NCBI GenBank assembly: GCA_963676795.2
Contig: CAXXTB010000002.1
Location: 2,112,001 to 2,176,000, forward strand
From: Geopsychrobacteraceae bacterium
GTDB lineage: Bacteria > Desulfobacterota > Desulfuromonadia > Desulfuromonadales > Geopsychrobacteraceae
Direction: 5' to 3'
DNA: 64,000 nucleotides
Positions 45,465-55,274 of the stretch are shown in pieces. The position numbers and the translations under genes are program-made. The notes under the pieces are model-generated. The model ran no database searches. It saw nothing but the letters and a program-made list of their open reading frames with translations, and was not told the origin of the DNA. Position 1 is the stretch's first letter, and each line of letters starts with the position of its first letter.

Positions 45465-45771
45465 ATTCTAATAGTCGAAAAATGTAATTTAACGATTTTT
45501 CAGCGAATGGTGAACCATTAATTGAGCGAACCGCACGACAAGCCTCCGGGAATTTAAAACCTGTTGGTCTTTTAAGCAGATAGACACCCAGGAAAACAAA
45601 CGCGATGAGATAATATCGTTCTATTCTCTGGCCAAAACTCAGGCCAAGAGAATAACGAGACAAAGAAGCCATTCACCGTGACATGCACGGTAAATGGCTC
45701 CAACGGATCAGGCCGAAGATTTTTTGTCATAGTCCCCAGCTGTTATCACGAACCCAGACGGAGAGCTCCCC

Positions 45772-46791
45772 CTACTGAACCACAGGCAGATACATAGTAA
45801 AGCGGTTTCCCGTTCCGGTACTGACAACATCGACCGTTCCGCCATGGTCCTCTGCGACCGCATTGACAACGGTCAGACCGATCCCGCTGCCGCTCCGCCC
45901 CATCTGCTTTTTAGTGTAAAACGGCTCAAACAGATGAGCCAGATCCTCCTCGCTGATCGGAGCCCCGCTGTCTGAAACGCTCAGCAGAAGATACTCCCCG
46001 CAGGCAATCCCGAGGCGTTCCGCTTCAGCCTCAGCAACGGAACATATCTCTGTTGCCAGCTCGATCTGCCCCTCGCCGGCAAGAGACTCGGCGGCGTTCT
46101 GGATCAGGTTGATGATACATTTGCCCAGATGAACCGAAGAACAGAGGATTTTGGTATCCTTATCGGTCAGCCTGGTCTCCACACGGATTCCCGGGTAAAG
46201 CTTGCACAGCTGTTCCCAGTCCTGCGATTGAAGGCTTTCCAGTGCCAGGGCGTTCACCGCATTCAAATTGCGATATGCTGCGATATCACGTGACGCTGTC
46301 AACAGATCGGAGACCGACACAGCGGCCCGCAACCCCGATTCATGAATGACACCGATTGGCTTGCGCAACGTACTCTCCGGCGACAGCTGCATCAGGAGCA
46401 GCTCTGGATAGCTGACCAGACCGGACAGAATGTTATTCAGGTCGTGAGCAATCCCGCCAGCCATCTGCCCCACCAGCGCCTGTCTGGCAAGCCGATGAGA
46501 ATCCTCCGCACTGACAGACTCAGGGGCACTCTGCAACCCTGCCTGGCAATTCGCTTTCAGGCGCTGATAAAGAAAATACAGACAAGAAAGAGCGCCGAGC
46601 AGCACAACAATGACAATCAGCGCGACATAACACAGAGAGCTCGGACCGGATGATCCGACCGCTTCGCCAGCGGCCAGCGCCGGACGGGCCAGCAGCCAGA
46701 CAATCGTCATGAGTATGACAAAGGTTAGCTCTCTGGTGAAATGACTCCCTGCAATTATAGCAGTCACACAAGATTTCATAATCGTCCCCAC
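45772..46791 (-). CDS. Orphan membrane histidine kinase with minimal sensor region
   Basis: AGGIAHDLNNIL H-box, NLIQNA, DSG, EPFYTKK, GSGIGL; start codon uncertain. Confidence 0.85.
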   Translation of the reverse strand: MGTIMKSCVTAIIAGSHFTRELTFVILMTIVWLLARPALAAGEAVGSSGPSSLCYVALIVIVVLLGALSCLYFLYQRLKANCQAGLQSAPESVSAEDSHRLARQALVGQMAGGIAHDLNNILSGLVSYPELLLMQLSPESTLRKPIGVIHESGLRAAVSVSDLLTASRDIAAYRNLNAVNALALESLQSQDWEQLCKLYPGIRVETRLTDKDTKILCSSVHLGKCIINLIQNAAESLAGEGQIELATEICSVAEAEAERLGIACGEYLLLSVSDSGAPISEEDLAHLFEPFYTKKQMGRSGSGIGLTVVNAVAEDHGGTVDVVSTGTGNRFTMYLPVVQ

Positions 46792-46961
46792 TTGTTTGAT
46801 AATACTTGATTTTTCAGAGTACGATTTTCATTTAATGAGATGGATATCAGAAAGAATTAAGGTGTTCAAATTGTATCACAACATCTGTGAATTTGTGTAA
46901 TTTTTCCAGAAAGAGAGCACGCAGCTGTTGTTTCCGGCATCAGGTTCGAGAGCAAAAAGAA

Positions 46962-46995
46962 CTGACTCTCCCGGTCCGCTTGCCGGGAGAGTCAG
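46962..46995 (-). terminator. Rho-independent terminator of the TAXI-TRAP operon
   Basis: ctgactctcccgg-N8-ccgggagagtcag, followed on the minus strand by ttcttttt. Confidence 0.8.
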
Positions 46996-47011
46996 GGAAC
47001 AGGATGAGTGG

Positions 47012-49093
47012 TCAGGACGTCGCGGTTGCCGGCGCAAGACGATTGGCCTGACGGCGATTGCTGACAAACAGAACAATCAGAACAATCAGCCCGACGACAT
47101 GCACAAACCAGGGTAACGGCCAGAGCAGCAGAGCCGCAGCGACCAGAGCGACGAGCCGGAAGAGAATATTCAGGCGCATCTCCATAAAACCCTCTATACC
47201 GGCAGCAAAGGCATAGAGCCCGAAGAAAGCAAAGAAAAAGATGGTCAGATCACCCCACACCGTCCCACCGATAAAAGGCGTGTAGGCAAACAGCAGCGGA
47301 ACGATATACAACCCCTTGGCCAGTTTCCAGGATTGAATTCCGGTCGCCATCGGTTTGGTTCCGGCAATCGCCGCGCCGGTAAAAGCAGCCAGAGCGACCG
47401 GCGGGGTCACATTTGAATCCTGACTGAGCCAGAAAACGATCAGATGAGCCGAGAGCAGCGCAAAGGTCAGTGAATGCTCTGACAGCACCGCCTCACGGAC
47501 CATACTGGCCATATCGATCGGAATGGCATCGACTATGGCCCGGGCTGCAGAAATGGTCATCGGGTTACCGATCTCGGCCAGCCGATCTGGAGCCGCCAGC
47601 ATAAAGATCGCCTTGGCGGCTTCAGGGATCTGTCCATCGGCCAGAGCATGAACCAGCAGACCATCAGCGATCAGCCCGTGCAGCGCCGGTGCCGAAAGGG
47701 TTCCCAGAACGATGTAGGCAGCGGTTACAGGCAGCCCCATCCCCAATACCAGGGATGCCAGGGCAATCAGGGCGATGGCGATAATCAGGCTGTGCCCTGC
47801 CCACTCATTGATCATCAGGGAGAAGGTATTGCCGATACCAGCAGTGGCGATGACGTTGACAATCAGGCCCACGGCACAGAGCAGTATGGCCGTCATGACC
47901 ATGTTGCGCGCCCCGAGTGCCATCGCTTCGATGATCGCCCGCGGTCCCATTTTATTCTTGGTAAACCAGGATGAAACAATAACGGCAAGGATACTGATAC
48001 CAGCTGCATAGGTCGGAGTAAAACCGTAGATCAGCAAGGCAATCAGTACCGCGATCGGCAGGACAAAGACAATCCCGCCCCTTTTTATGACCTGAAGCGC
48101 CGAGACCTTTTCATAATCCATCGCCGTGACGAAACTGCGCTTGGCCTCGATACGGACAAAAAATGCGACCGTCGCAAAGTAGAGGATAGCCGGCAGAATA
48201 CTGACGATAACGATGGTGTTGTAAGAGATCTGCGTATAGGTCGCCATGACAAAGGCACCGGCCCCCATGATCGGCGGCATCAACTGACCACCGGTTGAAG
48301 CTGCGGCCTCGGTCCCCGCGGCAAACTTGTCGGGAAAACCGGCCCGCCTCATCAATGGAATGGTAATAACCCCTGTCGAGGCTGTATTGGCTACGGCCGA
48401 GCCGGAAATGGTTCCCATCAGTCCGGAGGCAAATACCGCAACCAGCCCCGGGCCGCCCACCAGACGACCGGCCACCGAGCGGGCCAGATCGATGACAAAT
48501 TCACCGGCTCCGGAGCGCAACAGGAAGGCACCAAACAGGATGAACATGTAGACGTAGGAGGAGGATATCGACGCAATGGTGCCGAACAGGGCATCGTCAC
48601 CATAGACGCTGCGAAACAGGATCGTCTCGGGAGACAGGCCGGCAAACTTGAAAACCCCGGGAATTTCCGTCCCCCACCAACCGATATAGGTCAGGGCCAC
48701 AATGATCAGAACCGGGATAAACCAGCCGGCAACCCTGCGGGTAAACTCGAGCACACAGAGACCCAGGATAATGCCGGCAACCCACTCCCCGGTATCAAGA
48801 CGAACACCGCGCGCATAGATCGCATCCTCCATGGCGATCAGGTAGAGCGCGGATCCCGCAGCGAGCAGACCAAGGACGGCATCAGCGACCCGCAAGCTCC
48901 AGGAAGGGTTGATCTTCAGCGGATAGACATAGGCCGCAACCAGAGCAAAGCCTGCGAAATGAAGAGCATTCTGCCAGAGGGTCGGCAAAACGGTGAACAC
49001 GTTGAACCAGATATGCATGATCGCGATAAGGATGCCCAGAACGACCAGCAGCCTGGATTCTATCTTGAAAATTCCAGAATCATCGGCACTCAT
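47012..49093 (-). CDS. TRAP transporter fused permease (TAXI-associated 4TM/12TM)
   Basis: GTISGSAVANT, EAAASTGGQLMPPIMGAGAF, LGMGLPVTAAY, SNVTPPVALAA. Confidence 0.93.
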   Translation of the reverse strand: MSADDSGIFKIESRLLVVLGILIAIMHIWFNVFTVLPTLWQNALHFAGFALVAAYVYPLKINPSWSLRVADAVLGLLAAGSALYLIAMEDAIYARGVRLDTGEWVAGIILGLCVLEFTRRVAGWFIPVLIIVALTYIGWWGTEIPGVFKFAGLSPETILFRSVYGDDALFGTIASISSSYVYMFILFGAFLLRSGAGEFVIDLARSVAGRLVGGPGLVAVFASGLMGTISGSAVANTASTGVITIPLMRRAGFPDKFAAGTEAAASTGGQLMPPIMGAGAFVMATYTQISYNTIVIVSILPAILYFATVAFFVRIEAKRSFVTAMDYEKVSALQVIKRGGIVFVLPIAVLIALLIYGFTPTYAAGISILAVIVSSWFTKNKMGPRAIIEAMALGARNMVMTAILLCAVGLIVNVIATAGIGNTFSLMINEWAGHSLIIAIALIALASLVLGMGLPVTAAYIVLGTLSAPALHGLIADGLLVHALADGQIPEAAKAIFMLAAPDRLAEIGNPMTISAARAIVDAIPIDMASMVREAVLSEHSLTFALLSAHLIVFWLSQDSNVTPPVALAAFTGAAIAGTKPMATGIQSWKLAKGLYIVPLLFAYTPFIGGTVWGDLTIFFFAFFGLYAFAAGIEGFMEMRLNILFRLVALVAAALLLWPLPWFVHVVGLIVLIVLFVSNRRQANRLAPATATS

Positions 49094-49159
49094 AACACCA
49101 CACTCCACTGTGAGAGGAAGTGCGACCACCCAGCGTCCGGGTGGTCGCACAAAGACTTA

Positions 49160-50188
49160 TCAGTGAGGAATTAAGCGATCAGGAACCTTGACGCCGACTT
49201 CCTGATAATATTTCAGGGCGCCCGGGTGCAGCGGCATCGGCAGACCGGAAATGGCCTTTTCGATAGACATCGCTTTGGTCGCACCGTGAATCGCATTCAA
49301 AAACGGTAGATTTTCGTAAATTGTCTTGGTGATTTTATAGACGGCCTCTTCATCGACATCAGCACGGACGGACAAAAAGTTTGGTTGGGCGATGGTATTG
49401 ATATCCTTTTTCTGGCCCGGATAGGTCCCGGCCGGAATGACATAACGGGTCCACAGTTCGAGGCCGCCATCGGCCTTTACCAACTGCTCGTCAGTAAAAT
49501 CGAGAACCAGCATGCCGTCGCCCAGATTTGCCTTAGCCTTGGTAATGGCACTGGCCGGCACTCCGGCAGGAATACCGAAACCGGAAATCTGGCCGTTCTG
49601 CATGGCATCGGCAGTAGGCCCGTAACCGACGTAGATCAGCTTGTAATCCTCATAGATATCCACACCCAGATTTTTCAGAATAACCGCGTTGGAACCGATG
49701 GTTCCCGAGTTCTTGCTCCCCATCGACATGGTCTCGCCTTTCATGCTGACCATATCGGCGATCGTCCCGGTTTTGGCGAACTTTTTAGTAACACCGAAAT
49801 GCTCAACATTCTGCCAGAGCATAGAGACAGAGCGCAGATTTTTCTGCGGCCCCTCATTGGCTATAGGGCCGGTTCCGTTCCAGGCATAAGAGCCGAACAG
49901 CCCCTGCAGGATCGCAAACTGAACCTCGTCATCACGCAGAAGTTTGATATTTTCTCCGGAACCCGCCGAGTTGATCGCCGACATGCCGATCTTTTCCGTC
50001 GGCTGAAGCTTGACCTTGATCAGGGTGGAGAGAGCAACCCCGACAGGATAGTAGGTGCCACCGGTTGAAGCTGTGGCCATCAAGTAGTTACGCTCCTCTG
50101 CGGCCTGAAGCGGAAGAACCCCGACACAGAGAAATGCCAGAGCCAAAAAGAGTACCGCAAGCTGTTTGAAACGTTTGATCTTCTGCAT
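49160..50188 (-). CDS. TAXI-family TRAP solute-binding protein
   Basis: ATASTGGTYYPVG, SAGSGENI, IPAGTYPGQ, PLHPGALKYY; GGAGG SD before ATG 50188. Confidence 0.93.
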   Translation of the reverse strand: MQKIKRFKQLAVLFLALAFLCVGVLPLQAAEERNYLMATASTGGTYYPVGVALSTLIKVKLQPTEKIGMSAINSAGSGENIKLLRDDEVQFAILQGLFGSYAWNGTGPIANEGPQKNLRSVSMLWQNVEHFGVTKKFAKTGTIADMVSMKGETMSMGSKNSGTIGSNAVILKNLGVDIYEDYKLIYVGYGPTADAMQNGQISGFGIPAGVPASAITKAKANLGDGMLVLDFTDEQLVKADGGLELWTRYVIPAGTYPGQKKDINTIAQPNFLSVRADVDEEAVYKITKTIYENLPFLNAIHGATKAMSIEKAISGLPMPLHPGALKYYQEVGVKVPDRLIPH

Positions 50189-50471
50189 TGTCAACCTCCG
50201 CAACATTGGAAAATGGTCAGAATGAGATATCTGACAGTGTATGTGCCAGGTGAAACTTTGCAATCACAACTAAGATCATACCATATTGGTAAGAAATATT
50301 GTTCTAGACGGTAAAATTAATATATAAAAAGCCGAATGTAAAAAAAGCGCTGCGCAGAAAATAAAACAGAAAATCAGCAGAATGGCCGGACAGAGCCGCA
50401 TAAAACAGGAGTTGACAGACTCCATATACAAAAAAAGCGGGCTTTTCAGCCCGCCTGTCTGTCAAATACAG

Positions 50472-51674
50472 TCAAAGATCGGAATCCTTGACGGCGAGAA
50501 CGAATTTCAGGTACTGCCCTTCCGGGAACGAAACCGTCCAGGGGAAATCCTCTGACTGCCCCAGCGTGGCCAGCACCCTCAGGCCGCTGTCAGCCTGCAG
50601 TGCGCCGCGGCGCAACTCTTTCAGATAATCGGCCAGCGCTGTTTTCTGATGATTTGACGATGCGGCCAGCAGCCCCCCCTCTTCCAGCAGGGGCAAGGTA
50701 GCCTCCACCAGTCGTGATGTCCCGCCCTGAGTCGAGAACAGACTCTTTTTGGTCGTCGAGAAGGATGGCGGATCAAACAGAATCAGGTCGAATTTCTGGT
50801 TTTCTCTAGCCATTCTTTCCAGGGTGACAAATACATCAGCAACGATGAATTCGTGCCGCTTGGGGTTAATGCGATTCAACTCAAAATTTTCCCGGGCAAC
50901 CCCCAGATACTTTTCGGAGACATCGACGCTAGTGACCTTCTTTGCACCGGCATGCGCAGCCGCCACGGAAAAAGCGCCGGTAAAGGCAAAAAGGTTCAGG
51001 ACTCTCTTACCGGCCACATGACGCATCAGCTCAAGCCGGTTGTTACGCTGATCGGGAAAGATCCCGGTATTCAGACCTTCCGCCATATCGACCAAGTAAC
51101 GCAGGCCATTCTCTTCAACGATCAAGGGGGTCGGAGCGGCCTGCCCCTGGATCAGACGACTGTAGTTCTTGTTCTGCGACTTCGCCTCCAGGGCCCGTGT
51201 TTCCTGCGGGCGCAGTTTGCGATAGATCCCGCTGGTCGGGAACACCGCCTGCAACGCAGCGAGGATCTGCTTCAGGTGAACGTCCCAGGCCTCACTGAAC
51301 AGCTGAACCATCAGGTAGCCAGCGTAATAATCGACCGTCAGACCGGGAAACCCATCCCCTTCACCATTGACCAGACGGTAGACACTGGTCTCGTCAAGGT
51401 TGATAAATCGACGCAGCAGCTTGGCCTGACGAAATCTATCCTCGAACCAGCCCTGATCGATCTGGCGCCTTTTATGGCTCAGAACCCGGGCGACAATCCG
51501 GTCTTCCGGGTCGAGCAGCGCGATCGCCAGGAATTCGTTCTTTTCCCCGACCAGCTCGACAATCTCTCCGGCCTTCCCTTTAGGCCAGTTTTTGGTATAA
51601 CGATCTGCTATCACCCATGGATGACCAAGCTCAAGCATTCTCTGGGTCGCAGTACCGACTTGTAATTTTTTCAT
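50472..51674 (-). CDS. SAM-dependent rRNA methyltransferase (RlmI/RlmK-like)
   Basis: PUA GHPWV, RLVNGEGDGFPGL, TGIFPDQR, VLNLFAFTGAFS, DPPSFS. Confidence 0.88.
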   Translation of the reverse strand: MKKLQVGTATQRMLELGHPWVIADRYTKNWPKGKAGEIVELVGEKNEFLAIALLDPEDRIVARVLSHKRRQIDQGWFEDRFRQAKLLRRFINLDETSVYRLVNGEGDGFPGLTVDYYAGYLMVQLFSEAWDVHLKQILAALQAVFPTSGIYRKLRPQETRALEAKSQNKNYSRLIQGQAAPTPLIVEENGLRYLVDMAEGLNTGIFPDQRNNRLELMRHVAGKRVLNLFAFTGAFSVAAAHAGAKKVTSVDVSEKYLGVARENFELNRINPKRHEFIVADVFVTLERMARENQKFDLILFDPPSFSTTKKSLFSTQGGTSRLVEATLPLLEEGGLLAASSNHQKTALADYLKELRRGALQADSGLRVLATLGQSEDFPWTVSFPEGQYLKFVLAVKDSDL

Positions 51675-51855
51675 GGATTCTCCGCGTTAATCGATGACCA
51701 GGGGATTGAATCGGGAATAAAAGCACAGACATTTATTTAAGTCGACTCTTGACTTTTCAGCTGCCGAAAAAAAATACTATACAGGTAACAAAAAAACCAA
51801 AATATTGATTCCCGAATGATATAATACGCCAAATTCTGGATATGGGGACACCTCG

Positions 51856-52650
51856 ATGGACAGCAAATTCAAAAACCGCGTTCGTGAACAATTCGGCAGA
51901 ACTGCCACTGCCTATGTCGAAGCAACACATTTTTCCAGTGGCCCGGACCTGGAAGAAGCCGCCCGGCTGCTCAGCCCGACCCAGGAAGACAACCTGCTGG
52001 ATGTCGCCTGTGGTGGCGGACACCTGGCCCTCTATTTTGCCCCGATGGTCAGACAGGTCGTCGCCTCTGACCTGACCATGCTGATGCTCAAAAAAGCCCA
52101 GGAGCATATCGCCGAAGAAGGGCGCGTTGATAACGTTATCTTTCGCGAAGCCGATGCCGAAGACCTGCCGTTCCCGGCGGGCTCATTCACCCTGCTGACC
52201 TGCCGCATCGCACCACACCATTTTCCCGACGTTCCACGTGCACTCAGAGAATTTCACCGGGTTCTGCGCCGTGGCGGACGCATGCTGATCATCGATACGC
52301 TGATGCCTTCCGATCCCGAGATCGCCGAATTCTATCAGCAGATTGAGACCAAACGAAACCCGACCCACATCAAAGCCTTCACCGAAAAAGAATGGGCGGA
52401 GATGGTTCAGGATGCCGAACTGATCCTGCATGAAACCAAGATCATCCCCAAGACCCACGATTTCCAGTCCTGGATCAAGACTGCCGGGCTCAGCCGTTCC
52501 AAGGCCCAGGAACTCAACAGGTTCTTCATGGATGCCTCCCCCAAGGTCCACGACTATTTCCAGATAGAATCCTTTGCCGGTGAGGTTGAAACCTTCACCA
52601 ACCAGAAGATTCTCATCTACGCGACCCGCAAAGAGAAGGAAAAGAAATAG
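51856..52650 (+). CDS. Class I SAM-dependent methyltransferase (UbiE/YafE-like)
   Basis: LDVACGGGH, DAEDLPF, CRIAPHHFPD, RVLRRGG. Confidence 0.9.
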   Translation: MDSKFKNRVREQFGRTATAYVEATHFSSGPDLEEAARLLSPTQEDNLLDVACGGGHLALYFAPMVRQVVASDLTMLMLKKAQEHIAEEGRVDNVIFREADAEDLPFPAGSFTLLTCRIAPHHFPDVPRALREFHRVLRRGGRMLIIDTLMPSDPEIAEFYQQIETKRNPTHIKAFTEKEWAEMVQDAELILHETKIIPKTHDFQSWIKTAGLSRSKAQELNRFFMDASPKVHDYFQIESFAGEVETFTNQKILIYATRKEKEKK

Positions 52651-52699
52651 AGAAAAGCCACGCCAGCCGGATGAGATCCCTCTCCCTGCATCGCGATAA

Positions 52700-52732
52700 A
52701 AAACAGCAGACCCGACAAGGGTCTGCTGTTTT
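52700..52732. terminator. Bidirectional terminator
   Basis: aaaacagcagaccc-gacaa-gggtctgctgtttt. Confidence 0.85.
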
Positions 52733-52754
52733 AGTTTCTAGCCTGCGATCAGTC

Positions 52755-53441
52755 CTACATTCCCGCGTTCTGGTTGGGAACCACATAGATCTCAACGCGC
52801 CGATTGCGGGAGCGCCCCTCCTCCGTCGCGTTGCTGGCAATCGGCTGCAGCTCTCCCCGCCCCTCGGTTCCCATCCGCCCGGAAGCCACTCCGTGGCTGA
52901 TCAGATAATCCGCGACCGCATTGGCCCGGCGCAGCGACAGTTCCAGGTTATACTGCTCGGAGCCGATGCTGTCAGTGTGGCCAGCCACGATGATCTGGGT
53001 CTGGGGGTAGCGGACCATAATGTCGGCGATCTTGTTCAGTGATGAATAGAACGTCGACTTGAGACGGGCGGAGTTGAAGTCGAAGGAGACCTCACTGCTC
53101 ATTGTCAGCTTGAGGATTTCATTCTGTTGACGCTCGATTTCGATCTGGTTCTGGGCTCTCTCACTAGCCAGCTGCCGTTCAAACTCGGCCTGTTGTTTGT
53201 CCATATAATAACCGGCTCCGGCACCGATTGCGCCACCGGCCGCACCACCAATCAGAGCCCCGCGCAAAGCACCACCTGAAGGGTCCTGCTGATAGCCGAT
53301 GATCGCACCGGACACAGCGCCGACCAAAACCCCGATTCCTGCACCCTTCTTGGTATTATCGTAACCGGTCGTTGTTGCACAACCGGACAGCAGCAACAGC
53401 GCAATAGTGACAAAACAGATCGACTTTCCAAAACTTGACAT
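52755..53441 (-). CDS. OmpA-family lipoprotein with glycine zipper (YiaD-like)
   Basis: Lipobox LSGC, GAxxG zipper, GHTDSIG, LSLRRANAV, NRRVEI. Confidence 0.92.
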   Translation of the reverse strand: MSSFGKSICFVTIALLLLSGCATTTGYDNTKKGAGIGVLVGAVSGAIIGYQQDPSGGALRGALIGGAAGGAIGAGAGYYMDKQQAEFERQLASERAQNQIEIERQQNEILKLTMSSEVSFDFNSARLKSTFYSSLNKIADIMVRYPQTQIIVAGHTDSIGSEQYNLELSLRRANAVADYLISHGVASGRMGTEGRGELQPIASNATEEGRSRNRRVEIYVVPNQNAGM

Positions 53442-53581
53442 TTCACGACTCCTCATCAGTTAAAAGACCAGGTTAAACAGTTCAATCAGAACCAAATGCA
53501 GACAGTATAGATAAAAAAAGAGGCCCTATAAAGAGCCTCTTCCCATTTCTTTCGAAATAATATCGATCTGCTACAAGTAGC

Positions 53582-54895
53582 TTATTTGATTCCTGCGACA
53601 GATTCCAGCAGGTCGGTTGTCACCGATTTCGGTCTTTCGATGCCGTAACCGAGAGCACGGTCCCAGGTGATGTTGGCCAGACAGCCAAGGGCACGGCCGA
53701 TAGCGAAGAGAACCGTATAGAACTCATACTGGGTCACTCCGTAGTACCACTGGATGACACCGGACTGGGCGTCAACATTCGGCCATGGATTCTTGGCCTT
53801 GCCGTGCTCCTGGAGGATCCCCGGAGCCACCTCGTAGATCATACTGCACAGCTTGAACAGCGGATCATCCTTGAGTCCTTCCGTCTTGAGGCAGAATTCA
53901 CGTTGAGAGGTGTAACGTGGGTCGGTCTTACGCAGAACCGCATGGCCATACCCAGGAACGATCTGCCCACTATTCAGGGTTGCCCAGAGAGCCTCAGACA
54001 GCTGCTCCTTGGTCGGCAGCTCACCGCCGAGCCGCATCATCAGGTTCTGGGTCCAGCGCAGTACCTCTTCGTTGGCCAGACCGTGCAGCGGGCCGGAAAG
54101 ACCGCTGATACCGGCACTGTACGCATGATAAGCGTCAGTCAGAGCCGAGGCGACCAGGTGCGTAGTGTGGGCCGAGACGTTGCCAGCCTCATGATCGGAG
54201 TGAATGATGAAGTACATCCGCGCCACATCATCATAAGGAGCAGGTATCCCCATCATATGGGCGAAGTTTGCGCCCATATCGAGGCTCGAATCCGCAGGAA
54301 TATGCGTATCACCCATGTATTTCATACGATAAATATAAGCGCCGATCGGACCGATCTTGGCCATCAGGTTACTGGCGTCCTCATACATATCTTCCCAGCA
54401 GGTCGCCTTATTAAATTTTCCGGCGGTATAGGTCTGGGAAAAGATCGATTCACGGTGCATGGCAACGACTGCCGCAGAGAGCATGACCATCGGATGGCTG
54501 TCACGTGGCAACGCCCTGAGCAGATCATAGACATACTGAGGAACCTGCGAACGTTTCTGCCAATCAGCAACAACCTCGAGAGTCTGCTCCATGGTCGGAA
54601 CGTCACCGGTCAGCAGCAACCACCAGAAACTTTCCACATAAGGATACTCACTGCCGGGAGCTTTTGGCAGGGCGGCAAAAGTCTCAGGGATTGTCAGACC
54701 ACGGAAGCGAATCCCTTCCATCGGGTCGAGATAGGAGATATCAGAGACCAGGGCTTTAATACCGCGGGCACCGCCAAGAGTCTGTTCGATAGTCACCTCG
54801 CCAAGACCGACATTACCAAACTCCTTGAGCAGACGAGCGGTTCGCGGACGATGCTCTTCAATCTTCTGAGCTAAGACTTCTTTCAGTGTTGCCAT
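53582..54895 (-). CDS. gltA: Citrate synthase, eukaryote-type
   Basis: GIRFRG, HSDHEAGNVSAHT, GPLHGLANEEVL, PGYGHAVLRKTDPRY, NPWPNVDAQSG. Confidence 0.95.
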   Translation of the reverse strand: MATLKEVLAQKIEEHRPRTARLLKEFGNVGLGEVTIEQTLGGARGIKALVSDISYLDPMEGIRFRGLTIPETFAALPKAPGSEYPYVESFWWLLLTGDVPTMEQTLEVVADWQKRSQVPQYVYDLLRALPRDSHPMVMLSAAVVAMHRESIFSQTYTAGKFNKATCWEDMYEDASNLMAKIGPIGAYIYRMKYMGDTHIPADSSLDMGANFAHMMGIPAPYDDVARMYFIIHSDHEAGNVSAHTTHLVASALTDAYHAYSAGISGLSGPLHGLANEEVLRWTQNLMMRLGGELPTKEQLSEALWATLNSGQIVPGYGHAVLRKTDPRYTSQREFCLKTEGLKDDPLFKLCSMIYEVAPGILQEHGKAKNPWPNVDAQSGVIQWYYGVTQYEFYTVLFAIGRALGCLANITWDRALGYGIERPKSVTTDLLESVAGIK

Positions 54896-55129
54896 ATTCA
54901 ATCTCTCCTTGAAACAGGTTGGTCTTCAGTTACATTCGATGCCCTTGGGGCCAGAGGTTTTTTTATTGATTGATCCAGACGTGATTCATTCTATATAAAG
55001 AAGATCATAAAAGAAACTGTCCGGTTTAAAACTGCCCGAGATGACTGGATGAAAGAAGCTTATCAGATCCCGATCGGAAATCCAGCCTGAGCCAGCTACA
55101 AACATTCAAAAAAACCGATATGAAATACC

Positions 55130-55181
55130 GTTCTACCAATGAGCCTGACATTTGTCAAGCACATTACTGTATACAGTATAC
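55130..55181 (-). promoter_or_regulatory. Putative gltA promoter with an adjacent GTATAC-A-GTATAC dyad
   Basis: Minus strand TTGACA (55158-55153), 17-nt spacer, TAGAAC; ctGTATACaGTATAC at 55167-55181. Confidence 0.55.
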
Positions 55182-55274
55182 CCAAGAGGGACTGTCCCCA
55201 CCAGCAAGATTTAATGGACTCTTATGCTTTTTTACTTGCCCTGACAACGTTTATCGCTAAAATGCCTAAATATT

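Noticed and set aside
45460..45672. 70-aa ORF as an ilvB attenuator leader peptide or T-box
   Set aside because: No clustered Ile/Leu/Val codons near a terminator, no clear SD, and no T-box consensus found.
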